Origin: a virus
Virus record (IMG/VR): IMGVR_UViG_3300032304_000900
Coordinates: 13,914 to 77,913 of that record
Reading direction: 5' to 3' (one strand)
Length of the DNA stretch: 64,000 nucleotides
Shown here: positions 63,891-64,000 of the stretch, one piece after another
How the letters are laid out: each line of letters opens with the position of its first letter
How positions within the stretch are numbered: the stretch's first letter is position 1
The notes under the pieces: model-generated
The model's database searches: none
Told to the model about the DNA's origin: nothing
What the model saw: the letters and a program-made list of their open reading frames with translations, nothing else
Translations under genes and position numbers: made by a program

Positions 63891-64000
63891 ATGGAAATTC
63901 CGAAGGACATATCCAATGGTCTGAATGCTTTAAAACAAGCCAAGAAACTTGGGGATGATACTGGTAAATTTGTTGGTGAAATACAGAGCGACATGGAAAA
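63891..64000 (+). CDS. Hypothetical protein, 5' part (truncated by the window end)
   Basis: ATG immediately after the previous stop; MEIPKDISNGLNALKQAKKLGDDTGKFVGEIQSDME... open to the end. Confidence 0.6.
   Translation, partial: MEIPKDISNGLNALKQAKKLGDDTGKFVGEIQSDME

Noticed and set aside
1-64000. Stop-codon reassignment or suppressor tRNAs
   Set aside because: Core genes are full length in the standard code and none of the 11 tRNAs has a CTA, TTA or TCA anticodon.

Overview
This window is a 64-kb, AT-rich segment of a T4-like myovirus (contractile tail), apparently of the environmental, non-enteric type. Perfect sigma70 promoters, a lipobox lipoprotein and a 3TM holin suggest a Gram-negative host (inference). 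1-47.5 kb (minus strand) is the late morphogenesis block: gp20 portal (partial), gp19, gp18, gp17, gp15, gp14, gp13, two paralogous large virion proteins, a fibre/adaptor cluster including a 1774-aa repeat protein, a 2734-aa DUF4815/VrlC-like protein, gp8, gp7, gp6, gp25, PAAR, gp5, a gp27-like hub, gp53 and gp48. 47.6-53.4 kb (plus strand) holds gp4, gp2, a gp54-like gene, a holin, a displaced gp16, gp26, a start-less gp51-like ORF, the tape measure and a 2OG-Fe(II) oxygenase. 53.4-63.2 kb (minus strand) holds gp32, gp59, gp33, an early envelope-protein pair, an early PhyH/papain-like/PP-loop operon, an RNase H-like gene, 11 tRNAs and a MazG-like gene. The top observations are: (1) a probable programmed -1 frameshift at a U8 slippery site fusing gp26 to gp51 just upstream of the tape measure, resembling lambda G/GT; (2) a perfect orphan sigma70 promoter firing antisense into the structural operon (antisense regulator or R-loop origin); (3) a W-x-D-[YF]-x-E-L motif repeated about 10 times in the long fibre and once in gp7; (4) gp16 relocated about 44 kb from gp17; (5) an early three-enzyme modification operon and catalytically eroded oxygenases. 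All product calls come from recalled motifs and synteny; no searches were run.
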